From a virus (Duplodnaviria; Caudoviricetes), in IMG/VR virus record IMGVR_UViG_3300017962_000016, positions 1 through 53,040 of that record: a stretch of DNA of 53,040 nt. The stretch is one strand, 5' to 3'. Each line of letters begins with the position of its first letter. Positions within the stretch are counted from its first letter, which is position 1. The translations under genes were made by a program, and so were the position numbers. Of the stretch, positions 48,921-53,040 are shown piece by piece. Under the pieces are notes generated by a model. That model was not told the DNA's origin and did no database searches. It saw only the letters and a list, made by a program, of their open reading frames with translations.

Positions 48921-49382
48921 ATGGATCCATTAACAATTGGTATTCTTTGTTTCTTGGGTGGTAGTTTGGTTACAGGCGGTACCATTTGGGGAATACAAGA
49001 AGCGAACAAAGATAGAACACAAGAAACAACAGAGCTGGTGAAAGCAATCGGTGGCTTGAAAGACACATTGGCAGATGGACAAAAGCAAGTGATGATCAAC
49101 TTGACCGACCAAGACCTCCTGAAAGATGCTTGTTCTACTACCTATATTGAGAAGAATGGTGATTTGCTTTGCAGAGAGATGTTCTGTCGTATGCAAAATC
49201 GTGGTTTAGACAAGGGTGCGACACAAGCAGAATGTGAAAACATTAGTCATATCACCAACAGTAAGCACAGATTGGATACTTGTATGGAATATTGGGATAA
49301 AGACACCATCCTTGAAGATGGGGGGTTCAATAAGAACTCCAAGTATGCCCTTTGTATGCAAGTATTTGAAAACCGCGAATAG
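48921..49382 (+). CDS. membrane-anchored Cys-containing protein
   Basis: AAGGAG RBS; N-terminal hydrophobic helix; six downstream Cys. Confidence 0.65.
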   Translation: MDPLTIGILCFLGGSLVTGGTIWGIQEANKDRTQETTELVKAIGGLKDTLADGQKQVMINLTDQDLLKDACSTTYIEKNGDLLCREMFCRMQNRGLDKGATQAECENISHITNSKHRLDTCMEYWDKDTILEDGGFNKNSKYALCMQVFENRE

Positions 49383-49410
49383 TTATCATTTTTTTTTTGG
49401 AGTATATATT

Positions 49411-52359
49411 ATGTTAAAATTTGAAACGAAAGATCTCCCTTCGAGCTCTTTGAAAGATATTGAAAGAGCCCTTGCAGCCTCTCCCAAATTAAAGACAAGG
49501 GGTAAGATTGAGTTAGAAATACGAAAGACCGATGGTATTCCTCGATATGAAATAGATGGTGGCAAGTTGATTTTCCACCATAGTAAATTTGGAAGCAGAA
49601 ACACAAAGATTATCGGTACATATTTCATAATTGCGGATTACATTCTACAACAAGCCTCTAATGGACAACAATGGAAAAAGCATTGGAAACCAAACAAGAG
49701 AGAGGTCAGACGCTTGATCGCAGAGAACAAAGCCGCGTTTTCTCCTTTGAGAGATATTATTGGTCAGAAGCAAATTGATGTCTTAGGGTTTGCCGTTGTT
49801 CTTCTTGTTTATGTTCAATATGCGAAAGGCAAATACGAGGATGAGGGCAAGACTTTCAAGAACACTTTCTTGAACTTTTTCAAGCGAGATACATCGGACG
49901 AGATTTCAGCTCAAACCAATGACGAGAAATTGATTCATCTCCAAAGTAGTACAAGGATCATTCAGCAATATAATGATCTTCCTGAAAAAGGTGTATCAAC
50001 AAACTTAGATTCTTACTTGCCTGATGGCTTAAAAACTCGTTCGGTTGATTTTCTCAAGGAAAAAACGACAATTGCGGAAGCCATTGATTTTCTTGAGAGT
50101 GAAATTGACGAAAAAAGTGGTGTGAAACGAGAGCAACAGATTTTGGCTTTCACATCAACGGTTGAGAAAGAGCTCACCGAAACCTTTATGAAAGAGGTTC
50201 TTGGCAAGCCCGAAGAAAAAGTAGTCGATGGGGAAACCGTAAAGATCAAACCTGCGTCCTTTGAGGCACAAAAATGGCAAAAAGAACAACGAGAGATGTT
50301 GGATTCTTTTGCAGATGTTTTTAAGGTAGAAACGGGTTCTGTTATCATCAATGATCTTCAAAGCACATTGGACAATCAAAATCCCAAAGACTTTGAGATG
50401 GTTTCTAAACTAGACAAAAAACAGAAAGACATTTGGAAAGACCTCATTGAGAAAACAAACTCAACAGACATTGATTTTTCAGAGCTGTTCAAACCATTTG
50501 AATTAGAGATTGAGGATGGGAAAGTCAAGTCTAGTGGATTCACTTGGTATACCGCTGCCAACAATAAACTAGAAGATTTTCGTGTATTGGTTCAACGGGC
50601 AAAAGAGAGTGGTGAGACGGGTTATGATGATATGGAGTTGGAAGCAGCCCTAGAACAAGTTGTTGAAATGCTACAGCCACCTATCCCTGATCCTGAAACT
50701 CCTGTTGTCACAATTGGACCAATCAAAGGTGCTGACAGAGCGATTCAGAAGATTGCTAAGTACGACCAAGACATATCTCGTTTGGGTGATATTGTTCGTT
50801 TCACAATTGTTGTGGATAAAGACTTGAGCAACTTTGAAGAAATCTTTGAAACCCTGCGACAACAAGTAGAAATGCAAGGGGGAGAAATCGCTACAAGGAT
50901 TGAGAATCGCTATGAGGAACCCACTCCTGTGGCTTATGGTGATGTCACATTTTCTGTTCGATATAAGTCAGGTCTTGTTGGAGAGGTGCAAATCACAACA
51001 CCCGTAATGGCAGCGGCAAAAGAACGATTGCACAAAGAGTACGAGAAGCAACGAAATGTTGATTCATACACAGAGTACTTAAAGGGGATGGCAAAATCTG
51101 TAGAAGACATTATGTTGTTGGAGGATAAAAGACAAGCGGGTGACTTGGCATCAAATCTGAAAAAGACTATCGCTGAGATTCAGTCCAAATTGATTGACGA
51201 TGCCAAACCAAAGCACAAAGAACAAATGGAATCTGAGTTCAACAAGGTTATCGCCCCCATACAAGAGGCGATTGCTAAGTTGGAATCGGGAGCGATGTCG
51301 GTCGCACAAGTTGCTTCTTTGGTTTCAAAGACAGCAAAGTTCTTCCCTTCTATCAAAGACTTGTACGAATACGAGCAAACACAATTGAATCAGATACAAG
51401 GATATATAGAGGCGAGAACCGCTATGGGTATGCCTGATTTCATTCAACCTTTCCCACTCAGAACAACTATGAAAGGTGGAGAGATTGTGTTCAAAGATGA
51501 TTTCCTTGAACACATTATGGAGAATGTTGAACAGAACCTTGATGTTGGCTCTGAAAACAATCCAACTCAAGAATATCTTGAAAGTGTCGCCAAGCAGATT
51601 CTTCTTGCTAGGAGTTACGACAAAGATACCTATGGATATCCAGCATCATACACAAAGCAAGTACAAAAAGCTCTCCAAAAGAAATCTTCTTCTTTGCACA
51701 CAAAGGTCGCTGCGGACATTGGTGTAGATGGTAGTGGATACTATATGATTGAGGGAATTCCTTATTCTTGGGATGGCTTTATGACGCTTCCTAAATTCTT
51801 CACAGGAAATGATCCTGCTGGTGAGGTCGATGCGGAACTTGCTGATTTCTTGAGAAAGGCAACTCCAATCACAGAGGATGCTTTCCACAAAGCCGTTGCT
51901 GAATTGACAATGGAGAAAGCACAGAAGCGTGAAGAAATGCTAGAGCTCGGAGAGGCGATGATTCAAGCCTATCGTCAAGCGAAAGCAACAGGTGAGATCA
52001 AGACAGCCTCAACCAAGACCGCGAAAGAGAAAGTTCTTCGCAACAAGTTGATTCGTCTTGCACATACCAAGCCCCATCTTCGTAAGCACATTCTTCCTTT
52101 GTTGAAAAATGCCACAAACTCCTCAGAGTTGTTGAAAGCAAAGACTATCTCTATCAAAGGTTATGGTATGTTTACCGTTGTAGGTGCTGATGTGAAAAAA
52201 CAAGACATCTATCTCAAAGAGATGGGTGGCAGAAAAGAATACACTCTTTCTGTAACACTTGGGGCTTCGTTAGAGGGGAATGGTGCAGAGTTAAAGGCTC
52301 GTGGGAACACAAGAATGAGACCAAGATTCATAGATGGAAAATTAATTACCATTATTTAA
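49411..52359 (+). CDS. large multidomain protein with a RelA/SpoT-like nucleotidyltransferase domain
   Basis: PIKGADRAIQK / GDIVRFTIV / AYGDV / GEVQITT / HKEYEKQR; carries the LRNKLIRLA tag near the C-terminus; GGAG precedes ATG 49411. Confidence 0.7.
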   Translation: MLKFETKDLPSSSLKDIERALAASPKLKTRGKIELEIRKTDGIPRYEIDGGKLIFHHSKFGSRNTKIIGTYFIIADYILQQASNGQQWKKHWKPNKREVRRLIAENKAAFSPLRDIIGQKQIDVLGFAVVLLVYVQYAKGKYEDEGKTFKNTFLNFFKRDTSDEISAQTNDEKLIHLQSSTRIIQQYNDLPEKGVSTNLDSYLPDGLKTRSVDFLKEKTTIAEAIDFLESEIDEKSGVKREQQILAFTSTVEKELTETFMKEVLGKPEEKVVDGETVKIKPASFEAQKWQKEQREMLDSFADVFKVETGSVIINDLQSTLDNQNPKDFEMVSKLDKKQKDIWKDLIEKTNSTDIDFSELFKPFELEIEDGKVKSSGFTWYTAANNKLEDFRVLVQRAKESGETGYDDMELEAALEQVVEMLQPPIPDPETPVVTIGPIKGADRAIQKIAKYDQDISRLGDIVRFTIVVDKDLSNFEEIFETLRQQVEMQGGEIATRIENRYEEPTPVAYGDVTFSVRYKSGLVGEVQITTPVMAAAKERLHKEYEKQRNVDSYTEYLKGMAKSVEDIMLLEDKRQAGDLASNLKKTIAEIQSKLIDDAKPKHKEQMESEFNKVIAPIQEAIAKLESGAMSVAQVASLVSKTAKFFPSIKDLYEYEQTQLNQIQGYIEARTAMGMPDFIQPFPLRTTMKGGEIVFKDDFLEHIMENVEQNLDVGSENNPTQEYLESVAKQILLARSYDKDTYGYPASYTKQVQKALQKKSSSLHTKVAADIGVDGSGYYMIEGIPYSWDGFMTLPKFFTGNDPAGEVDAELADFLRKATPITEDAFHKAVAELTMEKAQKREEMLELGEAMIQAYRQAKATGEIKTASTKTAKEKVLRNKLIRLAHTKPHLRKHILPLLKNATNSSELLKAKTISIKGYGMFTVVGADVKKQDIYLKEMGGRKEYTLSVTLGASLEGNGAELKARGNTRMRPRFIDGKLITII

Positions 52360-52372
52360 TCTTGGAGCAAAA

Positions 52373-53040
52373 ATGTCTGTCGTATTTCAACAAGGTCAAA
52401 CAATTGGGAGAGGGGATTTAGATATCTTCCTCTCCAATTCCAATGGCAACGCTGCAAATGCGTATGACATATACTTTGCCCTTTATTATGTAGATGCCAC
52501 AACCTCTCAAGAGGTTCTTATTGGTAGTGATAGAAGAACACCCGCCAACCCCTCCGTTGGCGAATATTACGCTGCTCTTGCGATTCCGAATGGTGCCCCT
52601 GTGGGTGACTATCGAATCCGATGGACATTCAAGGAGTTGGCGAGTTCTCCCTATCAACAAGTTGTGCAAGAGTTCGCTGTTGTAGGAGAAGCCCTTGTGA
52701 CATCTGCTAGTCCTTATTCTACTTATGAACAAGAGATGATACACAAGTTGAGAATTCTTCTCCGAGATCAGAATCCTGACAAGTTCTATCGTTTCCGACC
52801 CCCTGAACACGAGGGAGATATTGGTCGATACAATCAAGTCTTTGGGTACATTTGGGAAGATGCCGAGCTCTTAGAATATATCGAACGGGCATTGGATTGG
52901 TGGAATATGATGCCACCTGAAACAGAATCCTTGAATACGGTCGATAAGTTGGTTGGAAATAAGCCCGTATGGAGAACGGCTATCTTGTGGGGTGCTATTG
53001 TCCATGCAGCGACCGCTCTCACCTTCACTTGGATCGCAGA
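52373..53040 (+). CDS. 3'-truncated putative head-tail adaptor/structural protein (absent from the ORF track)
   Basis: GGAG RBS; MSVVFQQGQTIGRGDLDIFL...LRILLRDQNPD...IWEDAELLEYIERAL; the frame is open to the window end. Confidence 0.65.
   Translation, partial: MSVVFQQGQTIGRGDLDIFLSNSNGNAANAYDIYFALYYVDATTSQEVLIGSDRRTPANPSVGEYYAALAIPNGAPVGDYRIRWTFKELASSPYQQVVQEFAVVGEALVTSASPYSTYEQEMIHKLRILLRDQNPDKFYRFRPPEHEGDIGRYNQVFGYIWEDAELLEYIERALDWWNMMPPETESLNTVDKLVGNKPVWRTAILWGAIVHAATALTFTWIA

Noticed and set aside
49216-49410. N-terminal extension of the 1047-aa ORF
   Set aside because: It overlaps the upstream gene; ATG 49411 has a GGAG RBS and is the better start.
139-53028. Numerous short antisense or off-frame ORFs in the track (e.g. 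843-1379, 24526-25152, 40720-41286)
   Set aside because: They are shadows of long plus-strand genes, without an RBS or recognisable motifs.
1-53040. Bacterial extracellular contractile injection system or tailocin rather than a phage
   Set aside because: Neck/adaptor-like genes, phage-type promoter motifs, the MTase and many small accessory genes, together with the absence of host housekeeping genes, favour a large phage. Capsid and terminase genes are not in the window, so this is not proven.
1-53040. tRNA/rRNA genes, integrase, transposase, reverse transcriptase, intein or stop-codon recoding
   Set aside because: No recognisable motifs were found by eye, and long ORFs tile the window under the standard code.

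Overview
This window is a gene-dense (roughly 40% GC, estimated by eye), almost entirely plus-strand segment of a large contractile-tailed (myovirus-like) phage genome using the standard code. It carries a virion morphogenesis region: fibre/decoration-like proteins, neck proteins, a very large tail sheath, tube, two chaperones, tape measure, hub, gp25-like wedge and baseplate J. Accessory genes are interspersed: very basic putative head-internal proteins, a ParB-like protein, a reverse-strand AIPR gene beside a 21-bp repeat array, an actin/MreB-like ATPase, a C5 DNA methyltransferase with about 9 internal repeats and a nested alternative-frame ORF, two Hc1-like proteins and a large RelA/SpoT-domain protein. 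The most notable patterns are: (i) two short peptide tags shared by unrelated proteins (LRxKLIRLAxxxPxLRxxLLPLL and RVAxRY), a candidate virion-cargo targeting system that includes enzymatic effectors; (ii) two recurring promoter-like DNA motifs; (iii) the iteron/centromere-like array. All product calls come from motif recognition and gene order, not from database searches.
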